Origin: an uncultured Desulfosarcina sp.
GTDB lineage: Bacteria; Desulfobacterota; Desulfobacteria; Desulfobacterales; Desulfosarcinaceae
DNA length: 64,000 nucleotides
Direction: 5' to 3'
Assembly (NCBI GenBank): GCA_963674945.2
Contig: CAXXWQ010000003.1
Coordinates: 800,001 to 864,000 of the forward strand
The notes under the pieces were generated by a model. It saw only the letters and a list, made by a program, of their open reading frames with translations, searched no databases and had not been told where the DNA came from. A program made the translations under genes and the position numbers. Positions 42,223 through 52,294 of the stretch are shown piece by piece (the first letter of the stretch is position 1; each line of letters begins with the position of its first letter).

Positions 42223-42716
42223 TATCAAGCTCCTTTTGGTAACATTTGTATTTCTCAGGGCATGTAACAATTTTATTTTTATTTCCTTTCTTATGCAATT
42301 TTAAAAGTAGATTAAAAAAATGAAAATATTTTATCTCATTTTTTATCTTTGTAAATAAAAATAAATTTTGAACATAAATTTTAAATAAAAATCGAATATT
42401 TATTGAGCTTTTGAAAGAAAAAAGGAGATTAAAATGGATACTATTCAAATGCGGATGAATAATAAGTAATTCAATTGCCCGTATTTGTCGTTGAAAGATA
42501 TTTCATAACAAATTGTAACGTAAATTTTATTTAATTTCAAATTGATAGAAAATTTAAATTAACCGCAAAATAAAAAACATCAATTTTACCCCACGATATA
42601 AAACCCTTAATAACCTTTTCTCATGATAACACATTATCTGTTTATAAACCCATCAAATAAAAATAGACAAACGATAGCAAACATGCCACCACCTGTCTAT
42701 TTTATATCACAAAATA

Positions 42717-44282
42717 GTACGCATTCACAGGGTAACACCCATTGGATTAAATCCAGGAAAGGTTTGGCTCTAAATTTCGAAAATAGGAAGTAATGCACTC
42801 CACGAGAAAAGGAAAAGTCTGCTTTGCTTGTAAGCGACAGGTTTCTTTCAGTGACAATATCCGCTCAACCCAACGGTTTCCTTTCTCGCTTTGGGTGCCA
42901 AGGCTTCGTTTCCGCCACAATACACCAAAGCGTAGCGCTCTTTCGGCACGATTGTTTGTGGGATCGACGCCCTTGTGATCCATAAACACCCATAGGTTGT
43001 TCATTTCCCGGATGATCTGCCGAGCGAGTTTTCCTGCATCCGTTTTATCGGGTTCCCAAAGGGACACGGTAAACAAGAAGAATGTATAAAAATCCGACCA
43101 TTGCTTTGGGTCGGGTGGCTCTTTGGCAAACGATACCAGTTGTCTCAACCAAGCGGCGACGATTTCTCCGAAGCGACGTAAATCCGGCTTCTTTCTCTCC
43201 GCCAGAGAATCGGCCTTACGGATTAGATGAGCCAGGCACGTCTGGCGGTGAACCCATTTTTGATACAGGCCGTAACCGTCGCTGACCAGAATGCCGTTCC
43301 AGTCCTGGATGAGTGCTTCGAAAGCCACCTTGGAGCGATGCGGGTCTATGCGATAGAAAGCAACCCGCTCGTTGACCATGGCCCACAGCCAGTGCAGATC
43401 GTTTTCTGTAAACCAGGAGGTCTCATCGATATAATTGCACCAGAAACTTCTGGCGATACCCCCGATACGTTCATACACAGGCAAAATCGCCATTGAAGTG
43501 CGGTCAACGATTTTTTGGATCGTCCCCGTAGCAATGGGAATGTCTAACACAGAGTCGCATAACTGCTTTACGTCCATTCGGCTCATCCCTTTAATACCGC
43601 TTAATTCACCAACAAATGCGGTAAATCGGGGACCGTATCCGCTCGACAGGGCAGATGGCAGCTTGGCTTTGACAACCTTCCCGCAATTGGGGCAATCGCA
43701 CTTGTGCAGAATATAGTGGCTGACTTCCATTTCGATTTTGGGAAGTTCGATCTGTTGATGGGTGTAAAAAGGCTTCATCTTTTCCTGATCGAACACCGAA
43801 TGACCACAACTGCAGCATTTTGGCATCAACGAATGTTGCTTTGTCGGCTCGAGCAGTTGTTGCTGGTGCGGTTTGTGTCCTTTTTGTCCGCCTTTGGATC
43901 GCTTGCTCTTTTTCTGTTTTCTTTTCTGCTTGCTAAAAGGCGGATCGGATGAGGGCGGTTTACTGGAATTACGAGAATTCATTTTGGTCTGGACTTCAAG
44001 TTTCTCTATGCGTTTTTCATGGGTCTCAACCCATTTTTGCATATCATGAAGCGCCTGTTCCAGATATAGGATGTAATTTCTCACCGCCTCTGGTGTCAGT
44101 TGCCAATCGAGTTCTGAAAATGGTCTTTTGAGTGCCATGAAAAGCACTCTAACATAGTTAAAAGAAAAAATCTAGATTTATTTTAAATTATTTCAGGCAG
44201 TTACGGTGCACACAATTTATGCTTTGTTTTCAATGGGTTAAAGGCCATGATGTCAGCCCTAAAATGCCCCGTGAACGGTTAC
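42717..44282 (-). mobile_element. IS66-family element, single-ORF (ISBst12-like) type
   Basis: Ends GTACGCATTCAC / GTAACCGTTCAC, 8-bp TSD ACAAAATA. Confidence 0.9.
42747..44147 (-). CDS. IS66-family transposase
   Basis: NSRNSSKPPSSD, IDETSW, LVSDGY, CLAHLIR, PTNNRAERALR motifs. Confidence 0.95.
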   Translation of the reverse strand: MLFMALKRPFSELDWQLTPEAVRNYILYLEQALHDMQKWVETHEKRIEKLEVQTKMNSRNSSKPPSSDPPFSKQKRKQKKSKRSKGGQKGHKPHQQQLLEPTKQHSLMPKCCSCGHSVFDQEKMKPFYTHQQIELPKIEMEVSHYILHKCDCPNCGKVVKAKLPSALSSGYGPRFTAFVGELSGIKGMSRMDVKQLCDSVLDIPIATGTIQKIVDRTSMAILPVYERIGGIARSFWCNYIDETSWFTENDLHWLWAMVNERVAFYRIDPHRSKVAFEALIQDWNGILVSDGYGLYQKWVHRQTCLAHLIRKADSLAERKKPDLRRFGEIVAAWLRQLVSFAKEPPDPKQWSDFYTFFLFTVSLWEPDKTDAGKLARQIIREMNNLWVFMDHKGVDPTNNRAERALRFGVLWRKRSLGTQSEKGNRWVERILSLKETCRLQAKQTFPFLVECITSYFRNLEPNLSWI

Positions 44283-44298
44283 ACAAAATAAACTCAAA

Positions 44299-44595
44299 TT
44301 AATAATTGGAACTGATCCTGACAGTAGCAGTTTCCCCGGTGTTGCACACCAATGCTATTTTTTTGCACTGAACCTTCATTTTGACAAGACCATCGGCAAC
44401 CTTCAGTTTGAAATCATCCGTAGTCGCCCCGTCTTTATCAAACGCGAGAAAAACATCATTCGCCCCGTCATTCCGCAAATAAAGTGTCTTGGAGGCGGGA
44501 TTCAGCTCTTGAATTTGGGATACCTGGGTCGCACTTACGACATGGCTGTCAACATCAGAACGATAAAGCTGATCGGTTAAAGAATAGTGCCTCAT
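44299..44595 (-). CDS. Small beta-rich hypothetical virion protein
   Basis: ATG overlaps the upstream stop; last gene of the tail operon. Confidence 0.6.
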   Translation of the reverse strand: MRHYSLTDQLYRSDVDSHVVSATQVSQIQELNPASKTLYLRNDGANDVFLAFDKDGATTDDFKLKVADGLVKMKVQCKKIALVCNTGETATVRISSNY

Positions 44596-45269
44596 TTTGC
44601 CATCCCTCCCTTTTTTGTCATTATGCTTCTCAATGTAATTTCCGGCGCTGAATCGACATGCCTTACCGTGTCCCACTCGAATGCACTGATTTCATCCATT
44701 GTCGTCATGGATTCAATGCTGCCTTTGATCGAATAATAATCATCCAGCACTGATTGGATCCATTCCAGGACATTTACAGCATCGGCCTTGATATCCGCCG
44801 AACTGTTTGGAGTCATCAACAGAAATTGTAATGAAGCCTGAGTGTAAAGATCGTATCGTTCTGTGATAAGCTGGATAAGGGCTGCTTTCAATCTCTCTGT
44901 TTTCTCGGTTTTTAAAGCATCGATATCGTCAATCCATTCCTCTTTCGTTTCATCCCACTTACTGGTTTTTCCGGGCCTGCTCTCTGTCAAATTTCCATCT
45001 GGAGCAACCCCCAATTCCGCAATTTTCACTTCCTCTTTCGTATCGATGCGAAAAAAAGTTTCCCCTCTGTAATCCGGGACAACCGACCATTTTCCATTTT
45101 GAAAAACTGCTTTTTCATTCTCACCAGTGGCAGGAGGTTCTTCAAAAGTGGCACAGGCCGGCAAAAGAAAAACATTTTCCTTTCTTAACGCCGTTTCCAT
45201 CGGATCCAACCTCGCTTCGCTGCACGAGGTAAATTCATTGGTCTTTCGATCATAATTAAAAATTTTCAT
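44592..45269 (-). CDS. Tail fibre assembly chaperone (Tfa-like)
   Basis: LLPACATFEEPP, WSVVPDYRGE, ELGVAP motifs; directly after the fibre gene. Confidence 0.8.
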   Translation of the reverse strand: MKIFNYDRKTNEFTSCSEARLDPMETALRKENVFLLPACATFEEPPATGENEKAVFQNGKWSVVPDYRGETFFRIDTKEEVKIAELGVAPDGNLTESRPGKTSKWDETKEEWIDDIDALKTEKTERLKAALIQLITERYDLYTQASLQFLLMTPNSSADIKADAVNVLEWIQSVLDDYYSIKGSIESMTTMDEISAFEWDTVRHVDSAPEITLRSIMTKKGGMAK

Positions 45270-45283
45270 AATAACTCCACCTC

Positions 45284-46681
45284 TTAAAAATAACAGATCA
45301 AAAACATCACATTGACATTTCGCGGGCGCGCCTCATCCCCGCCAGAAGCACCTGTGCTTACCGAGGATGTATTAGCCCATCCAACGCCAGCGCCGCTTAA
45401 ACCGGCCAAAAGCTCATAATATTCATTCACTGTATGAGAATGTGTTTTATTTTGACTCATTTGTTTTGTTCCGACATTATCACCAGTCGTTCCGTCACCG
45501 CGATCGGTTCGAGAAAGTCTATCCGGATCATGCACGGTGCCGTGAGACCATCCACGAATAAATTCACCACGAAGATCGGGAAGGTTAAAAGTAGTCGAAC
45601 CGTCGCCGATACCGTAAGTCGTTCCAATGGCGGCAAAAAGAGCCGCATATGTCGTTCTGCTGACTGCGGAGCCATCACATTCCAGAAAACCCGCCGGTAC
45701 CGTCGATATCGAGCACACAAATATCATCCCGGTGAATCCGCCATACAATCTGTCTCGAATATCCTGTAGCGGCATCGGGAAAATCGTATTATTGTGCGAT
45801 GCTGATTCTCCAATTTCAACTTGGGCACAGATATAATTTATCGGATTTAAGGGCGGCCCTTCTCCTTCGGCTCGAACGTATCGACACCTGATATCACCAC
45901 TGGTATCGCGCCGGACAATCGCTTCTGCGATATTTTGCCACCTTGCACCATGGGGGCCGACAAGCGTTCCACCGCCGTCTATGTCAGCAACATGATCAAT
46001 CAACGTAGGAGACACTACCCGCTCGTCAACGATCATCGATGAATCTATAATAGAACTCATCAATCGATTCAAAGTTGCGATATGACAGGTGACATGTTGT
46101 ATGTTATTTCCATCGACGTAATCTCCGGGGGTAGTACCATTTTCGGCGACCTTGACTTCCCATCTCAAAGCGATCCGCCGGCTGGTTTCCAGGTTGATCG
46201 TGGTGTCTTTCATGTCGGAATCTTCCGACGAATCCACTTCATCATAGTAGACATCCAGATAAACCTCATCCGTCCGGCTGCCGGCAGGAGTTGTAAGGGT
46301 AGCCGCCCCGGATTGATCCGTATATTCAATTGAACTTGGAATGATCGGCATCCATCCCTTAACGAACATGAAACCGGCACCTGCGGGTGTTCCATCACCG
46401 CCAGTAATCGTGAAATTATTCACGTTACTGGTGCCCGATTCCACAATCTTGAAACCATTGTTCGTCGTACCGTTACCGAAAATTCGCTGGATGAACCGAC
46501 GAAGAAGCTGCAAAAAAATCTCACCTTGTTCATTCAATTCAAAATCGAGCAATGGGATATTAACCAAGGTTCCCGGCTCCCGAAACATTTTGGCGACCAG
46601 CATATACATTTTGGACTCATCAAAATTCCAATTGCTGTATTCACCACCCCAATCGGTTCCAATTTTACCTGTAAATGGCAT
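45284..46681 (-). CDS. Tail fibre protein with tail-collar domain
   Basis: PAGFLECDGSAVSRTTYAALFAAIGTTYG...FNLPDLRGEFIRG, EARPRNV. Confidence 0.9.
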   Translation of the reverse strand: MPFTGKIGTDWGGEYSNWNFDESKMYMLVAKMFREPGTLVNIPLLDFELNEQGEIFLQLLRRFIQRIFGNGTTNNGFKIVESGTSNVNNFTITGGDGTPAGAGFMFVKGWMPIIPSSIEYTDQSGAATLTTPAGSRTDEVYLDVYYDEVDSSEDSDMKDTTINLETSRRIALRWEVKVAENGTTPGDYVDGNNIQHVTCHIATLNRLMSSIIDSSMIVDERVVSPTLIDHVADIDGGGTLVGPHGARWQNIAEAIVRRDTSGDIRCRYVRAEGEGPPLNPINYICAQVEIGESASHNNTIFPMPLQDIRDRLYGGFTGMIFVCSISTVPAGFLECDGSAVSRTTYAALFAAIGTTYGIGDGSTTFNLPDLRGEFIRGWSHGTVHDPDRLSRTDRGDGTTGDNVGTKQMSQNKTHSHTVNEYYELLAGLSGAGVGWANTSSVSTGASGGDEARPRNVNVMFLICYF

Positions 46682-46689
46682 GTGACCTC

Positions 46690-47559
46690 CTATAGATATT
46701 CACTCGAATAGCTTCCACTATCTTTCCAAAAAACCTTGGGCCGATATCCGGCAGCTTTAATCCTGTAAACCAATATTTTAAGTTCTGCTTTTTGCTCAGA
46801 TGTCCAACCGACATAAGTGCCATTTGGAAAGAACAAGCCAAAAGCCGCACGTTCAACACTGATTAGATCACTATCGAAAATCGGATAGCTTGCATTATGA
46901 ACCGGGGTTGACGAATTGTTCATCCACATCATTGTCCCGTAAACCTGATTCAGATCTTTGACTTCAATTTCATACCCGTAGAATCGCTCCAGAATCATTT
47001 CCATAGCGATATTATTGCTTTTGGGCAGCCTTATCTCATTGATAATTCGTTGACCGTAATCGATATCAGTTTCACCAGTCGATCGGGCGATGTTGAAATA
47101 CTCTCCCCAATAATCCAGGGCGAGACCGGTCGCGCTCGGTATGCTCAAATGGCGAAGCATCTCGTAACCGGCCTCCTCCGCCTGTCGCAATTCGTTGGCG
47201 ATAGGATCAAAGAAAGCAAAAAGCGGATTAGTGTAAGCGTATGCCCAATCCTCGCTTGAGTTCTCCACCTCAATAAGCGCCAAAGCCGATACATTCGTCA
47301 TGGCCGCCGGCGAACTTGCAGCATAACCGAAAACCGCATCAATGGCCGTCGCCACCTCGCCGATCGTCCTTCCTTCGAGGGTGATTTCAAAATCAGCGGT
47401 ATATTTCCCGAAGATCCTCGCGCTGATCACCCCATCTTTGACGGTGAATGTCATCCCGGCAGCCGGATCGCTGTAACTCAGCGCCAAAGCGTACTTGACC
47501 ATCGGATCCACATTGAAATAAGTCGGGAGAAAATCCAGAAGACGTTTTAGAACACTCAT
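46690..47559 (-). CDS. Baseplate wedge protein (gpI-like)
   Basis: ATGLALDYWGEYF..R..GETD motif and IKAAG; follows the baseplate J gene. Confidence 0.7.
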   Translation of the reverse strand: MSVLKRLLDFLPTYFNVDPMVKYALALSYSDPAAGMTFTVKDGVISARIFGKYTADFEITLEGRTIGEVATAIDAVFGYAASSPAAMTNVSALALIEVENSSEDWAYAYTNPLFAFFDPIANELRQAEEAGYEMLRHLSIPSATGLALDYWGEYFNIARSTGETDIDYGQRIINEIRLPKSNNIAMEMILERFYGYEIEVKDLNQVYGTMMWMNNSSTPVHNASYPIFDSDLISVERAAFGLFFPNGTYVGWTSEQKAELKILVYRIKAAGYRPKVFWKDSGSYSSEYL

Positions 47560-47566
47560 TTTTCAC

Positions 47567-48691
47567 CTATTCATATGAAAGAGATACGGTTCCTTTGGCG
47601 CAGATGTAATTCCAATCACTTGGGACGACATTCACCGCCGGAGCGGTCAGCTCGACATCGAGAACGCCCTCCATCTCCATGATCTCGTTGAGAAGCCTCG
47701 CCCAGACAAGAGTCTGTCCGATTTCAAGGCTCTGGAAATAGGTATCGATGGCGGTTTCGATATTCGAATCGACCATCGCTTCGGTGTAATCAGTCTTCAA
47801 CGTGATCGTTGCGGTCACATCCACCGTATCGATACTGACTGCATAGACCTTCAACACACAGCCCGCCGCTTTCTGGCCAGGCACCTTGACTCCATCTTCA
47901 TTCATATATCCGTGAAGAACCGTGCTGACTTCGGTGAGCAGATCCCCGCTGGCCCCGTTCACTCCATTCCAGAGATAGACATGAACTTCACCTACCGGGC
48001 CGGCCGGGTCTTCGTCCATACTCGGTTCGTGTACCAAGCTTTTCGATACTCTTTCGGTGATGGTTCCTGAATCGGTCAAATAGACCTGTGAGACCGCATA
48101 TTCGATAGAACCTTTGGTGGCTCGGGCCAATGTATTGAGCCATTTTTGAAAACGAACCTTGCGCTCGTTGGCCGTTTCTTCCTCCGTACCGTTGATGAAA
48201 GCGGAAGCGTTCGTAACCGATGCAATGCCACCAATGGCATCCACGATCACGGTGATCGTATTCACCAAACAATTTGAATCGGTCCCACTGATCGTCGCCG
48301 TGACCACGACATCGACGGTATTATCCCCATCTTCAAGAACAGTGTCGCTGTTCACAGTGTAGTAAAAAGACGAATTCAATACCTGTAGTCGTGTTCCCGC
48401 CGGAATAGTGATCTCTCCTGATCCCCCAGCCGTTCGGGTGAAAGTCACCAAGCCGGAAGCCGGGGTCGCCGCAAGCTTGTCGAAGCTGAACGATTTGTAA
48501 ATGGCAACCGGGACAGCCTCGTAAAGCCCCTTCAACAAAGATTGGTAATACTCATCGATCTCAACTGCCGCCGCTTCAAGAATGGTCCTGGTGACGCTCC
48601 CTTTGTTGAAATCCGTCAGTTTATTCGTTGTCGCCGTAATCCGGTTGATCATGGATGCAACGATCGAATCCGTATTTTTGATCTGAAACAT
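47567..48691 (-). CDS. Baseplate J/gp47-family protein
   Basis: TDFNKGSVTRTILEA, IPAGT, GTEEET..ERKVRF motifs. Confidence 0.92.
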   Translation of the reverse strand: MFQIKNTDSIVASMINRITATTNKLTDFNKGSVTRTILEAAAVEIDEYYQSLLKGLYEAVPVAIYKSFSFDKLAATPASGLVTFTRTAGGSGEITIPAGTRLQVLNSSFYYTVNSDTVLEDGDNTVDVVVTATISGTDSNCLVNTITVIVDAIGGIASVTNASAFINGTEEETANERKVRFQKWLNTLARATKGSIEYAVSQVYLTDSGTITERVSKSLVHEPSMDEDPAGPVGEVHVYLWNGVNGASGDLLTEVSTVLHGYMNEDGVKVPGQKAAGCVLKVYAVSIDTVDVTATITLKTDYTEAMVDSNIETAIDTYFQSLEIGQTLVWARLLNEIMEMEGVLDVELTAPAVNVVPSDWNYICAKGTVSLSYE

Positions 48692-48693
48692 GA

Positions 48694-51123
48694 TTATTTC
48701 CCTCCGATCACGAAGTTTAAATCCGTCGGCGTGTTGGTCTCGATGGAATCAACCTGAATCGAGAACTTGATAGCGTCGCCAACCGCAAAAGAAGTCAATT
48801 CCCGGATATAGTCGAGTCGCGGCTCAAAGTTGATCGCTTCGATGATCGACGCCCTGGCAAGAGTATTGATCGCCGCCGTGTTTTTCTCTCCGATAATCGA
48901 CAGCAACCCGCACCCATATCGGGGATGAGTTGATAGGCTTTTGTAATCACTCTTGACCCGGTGCGTGATCGCTTGCTTCAGATTATCCAATCCGGAGACC
49001 ATCTCGATACCTCCGTTTTGGATGGACAGTGTACCGTCTTCTTTGAGCTTCACGTCCTGGCCGTAGACCTCACTTGCCGTTTGGATGATATTGCCCTTGT
49101 CTCCGGAAACCACCGGAATTTTCAAATGAGTTCCCGGAACCAAATGGGTCTGGCTTGTCTCTGTATTGAAAATCAGAATTTCAGCCCCGTTTGGAAACGC
49201 GATGCAAGGCTCAGTGGTCGTCACCTCTTTGGTCAGATAATCGACGTATTTCACGGTGTAGACCCGGGACTCGGTATCTTTGACGAGAAGAAGGTTGTAC
49301 CCCGGATAGATATTGCTGGCATCGACCACCGTTATCACTTCATCATCCGCGACCACTTCTACCGCCAAATTCGTTTCACCATCCAGTATCCCGTATTCAG
49401 TCAAATCCAGTTGCCGGGTTACGGTGATCGGCGCCGTGAAATTCTGGCTGAAGGTATCATGAAAGGTGATCGTATTTGTCACGATGGATTCGACCTTGAG
49501 GGCCTGCTTTTTCCCGAGAGAATCTTTGAGCAAGAGGGTATCGTTTTCCTTCGCGTAACTTCTCGGGACTGACAAAGCCAATTCGATAACCCGACTCCCT
49601 CCATACAGGTTCGAATTCACGATAAACGAAGTATATGGAAAAGAAGCCTCTTTCGCGTTTTCGATAAGGACATCATTGGCAGCGGCGATTTCATACCATC
49701 GAGAGATATCCCCGTATTCCCGGAAAGCGATACTCTGCAATGTTTCTCCGGGTTTCACGGTAACCGACTTGAATTGACTGATTTTTTTGAGATCTTCATC
49801 GGTGTCCGCTTCAACCATCAATTCAGGTTGAATCTCGATGGTTCCCATCGTATCGAGAATCGCATCGTAGCCCGCATCCACCCCGGAAATGGAACTGGTA
49901 TCCTGGGCGATCCCCGCCAGGTCCTGGAGCTTCTTCCCCAACGTGCTATCGATGACGATTGGTGTATTCGGCTGCTCAAAGGCGCTTTGCAGATTCGATT
50001 CTGTGTAAACGATCCCGATCACATCCCCCGAACCGTTCGCCTTGGATGCCTCGTTCAAAGCGACAATCCACTCTATGGCGTTCGCCGGACTATCGGCGAC
50101 AGTGCCAGATTGTATCCCGTGGGTAGCCGCACAATTCGTGATTCCGCAAACGCCGGAGAAATCCGGCAGCCATGATTCGGTTATTCCTTCTTTCAAGTAG
50201 CAGCCAAACTCTCCCACAACCGATGTCAATTCGTTCAGTTCGATGATCGCATCGAGGGGGAGCGCATTGATAAATGATTGAGTATCCCGGATAGCATCCA
50301 ACGTCAGTTTCACCGTATCCGTGACGCCACCCAAGAAATCGGCGATCTCCCCTACCCCGGATTTTGCATTTTCCAGAATAGACACGCCGCTGCCGATAAA
50401 TGCTGCCATGGTTTGACAGATCGGAGCTGTAAACGATTCGAGTTTAGCCACCATAGGCCCGACACGTTTTTTTAACCCGGACAACCAGTTTTGAGACTTG
50501 GGCACCGGGTCCAAGTCGACCACGGCTTCCTTGTTGATACCGTTCAGATCCGCCACGACGACGAAAGTGAGATCGTATTGGTACAGCAAAGGTTTCACCC
50601 GGCTCCGCAGCAACCGGAAATTCTGAGGAACCACTTGATAAGTCAGGCTATCAACGGAATTGACCACAACCAACTTAACATCATCCGGGTTATGACCATC
50701 TGCCTGTTTCTTCTGACGTTCGGCAAAATAGCGATCGATAAAATCCCGATGCAGCCGGCGAAACGCCTCATGGCCGTCAATGTTCTGATTTTTTATTCGC
50801 CTTGTGCGCCATCCTGTTATCCCTCGGATGGACAGTGTTGGAAGCCCGATTCCAAACTCATCGATGAAAGGTTCACCAAGGGTTTGGACCACCTGCACCC
50901 TCTCATTCCGGGAGACCGTAAATTCCTCGGGGTTAACCGGAAAGATGAACTCATTTTGGCTGCGGATATTCCCGCTGATCACACCATCCAAATACAGGCG
51001 CAAAATTACATTTTTCCCAAACTGACTATGCTGCGGTCCATTCGGATTCAAATTCGCATCTCGGCCGACTGAATCCAGCACTGCGGAAAGCCTTTTTATT
51101 TTCGTCAAACTGGGCGTTTCCAT
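48694..51123 (-). CDS. Fused baseplate protein: tube-initiator-like + LysM + gp25-like
   Basis: FPVNPEE...VVQTLG; VKPGETLQSIA...YGD...W.EIAAAN; VSGLDNLKQAI...HPRYG...EPR. Confidence 0.75.
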   Translation of the reverse strand: METPSLTKIKRLSAVLDSVGRDANLNPNGPQHSQFGKNVILRLYLDGVISGNIRSQNEFIFPVNPEEFTVSRNERVQVVQTLGEPFIDEFGIGLPTLSIRGITGWRTRRIKNQNIDGHEAFRRLHRDFIDRYFAERQKKQADGHNPDDVKLVVVNSVDSLTYQVVPQNFRLLRSRVKPLLYQYDLTFVVVADLNGINKEAVVDLDPVPKSQNWLSGLKKRVGPMVAKLESFTAPICQTMAAFIGSGVSILENAKSGVGEIADFLGGVTDTVKLTLDAIRDTQSFINALPLDAIIELNELTSVVGEFGCYLKEGITESWLPDFSGVCGITNCAATHGIQSGTVADSPANAIEWIVALNEASKANGSGDVIGIVYTESNLQSAFEQPNTPIVIDSTLGKKLQDLAGIAQDTSSISGVDAGYDAILDTMGTIEIQPELMVEADTDEDLKKISQFKSVTVKPGETLQSIAFREYGDISRWYEIAAANDVLIENAKEASFPYTSFIVNSNLYGGSRVIELALSVPRSYAKENDTLLLKDSLGKKQALKVESIVTNTITFHDTFSQNFTAPITVTRQLDLTEYGILDGETNLAVEVVADDEVITVVDASNIYPGYNLLLVKDTESRVYTVKYVDYLTKEVTTTEPCIAFPNGAEILIFNTETSQTHLVPGTHLKIPVVSGDKGNIIQTASEVYGQDVKLKEDGTLSIQNGGIEMVSGLDNLKQAITHRVKSDYKSLSTHPRYGCGLLSIIGEKNTAAINTLARASIIEAINFEPRLDYIRELTSFAVGDAIKFSIQVDSIETNTPTDLNFVIGGK

Positions 51124-51133
51124 ATTTTCCTCA

Positions 51134-52294
51134 TCACGATGCTACTGTGTTTGTGGTAGCTACCATGCCGATCGCCGGCGGTGAAGCCAGGTTGGCAGTT
51201 TGATCCGGCTTGCTGGTAGGATTCCCATCCCCCTGTTCGGTATGAGTATGATTGTTAAGCCAAGTGTTCAGCGCCGTGATCAGGTCCACCAAATAGGTAT
51301 GGGTGCGTGAATCCAAAAGCGGCAAAGGCGTACCGCTTCCCAAGGAAACCGCAGGACTCACAACCGAAAAAGCCGGAGCGGTGACAGTTTTATTCCCCGT
51401 GAGCACTTCAGTTTGAGTTCCAACACCGGTTATGGTGATATTTCCACTCGCATCAATCGTAATGCTCGTTCCGGATGAATGACACAGATGAATCTGGACC
51501 GGCGAACTGGAGGCCGCCTCGGGTGGATCCGTCTCGCTATCCACTGACCCAATGGATACCGATTCAGCGGTCAATTCACCCGTATCGGGAGCGATCGAAA
51601 ACCAGGACCCTGTGTGATGGCAAATCTTGACTTCTCCATCATGTCCGATCCACACCCGGGTACCACTGGCATGCTGAAAGTAGAACCCTTTCCTGTCCTC
51701 TTTTTTCACGATGAAAGGCTGAGTATCTTTATCCCGATTTAACTGAGACAAATTAGTCAGAGACCGGCTCCCACCCGCCTTTACCACCTTCATATAACTG
51801 TTGTCGGGGTATCTGACTTCTTCCTCGCCCGAAACATCCTTTCCGCCGTTGGCTTTCACCGTGTCGCCGGTGATCCTGTGATATCGATCGGATTCATGTC
51901 GATCGATATGATGGTTGGCTCCAACCTCATTCGAAAAGGAGAGCTGGTTTTCCTCTGGATACCGGAACCCCAACACAATCGGCATGGTTCCGATCCCGGA
52001 AACAAATCCCACGATGGCAAAGATATCCCGGCCGCCGTATGCGATCGGTGCATCATATTCTTGTTCTTGATTCGTCTTCGGATTTTCCGGATCGGGTAAG
52101 TGGCTGATACCCGATGAAGTCGATACCATGGGGGCAAGCACCGGTACCGCCAGATGGACAGCCCCACCATTGATCATCGAAATATCCACCGTCTTTGCCG
52201 CCGCATCAACCCTGATCACCTTTCCCAACTGCAAGGTGTTCTGCCAATATTTAGGAGCCCGCTTTGGATTCCGTTCAAAACCCTTTTGCATCAT
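51134..52294 (-). CDS. Baseplate spike (gpV/gp5-like)
   Basis: N-terminal OB-fold-like region, HASGT-type beta repeats, C-terminal HTH(T) metal-binding tip. Confidence 0.75.
   Translation of the reverse strand: MMQKGFERNPKRAPKYWQNTLQLGKVIRVDAAAKTVDISMINGGAVHLAVPVLAPMVSTSSGISHLPDPENPKTNQEQEYDAPIAYGGRDIFAIVGFVSGIGTMPIVLGFRYPEENQLSFSNEVGANHHIDRHESDRYHRITGDTVKANGGKDVSGEEEVRYPDNSYMKVVKAGGSRSLTNLSQLNRDKDTQPFIVKKEDRKGFYFQHASGTRVWIGHDGEVKICHHTGSWFSIAPDTGELTAESVSIGSVDSETDPPEAASSSPVQIHLCHSSGTSITIDASGNITITGVGTQTEVLTGNKTVTAPAFSVVSPAVSLGSGTPLPLLDSRTHTYLVDLITALNTWLNNHTHTEQGDGNPTSKPDQTANLASPPAIGMVATTNTVAS

Noticed and set aside
44299..46681. Tail-fibre invertible cassette or DGR
   Set aside because: No alternative fibre tips, crossover repeats, template repeat or reverse transcriptase seen
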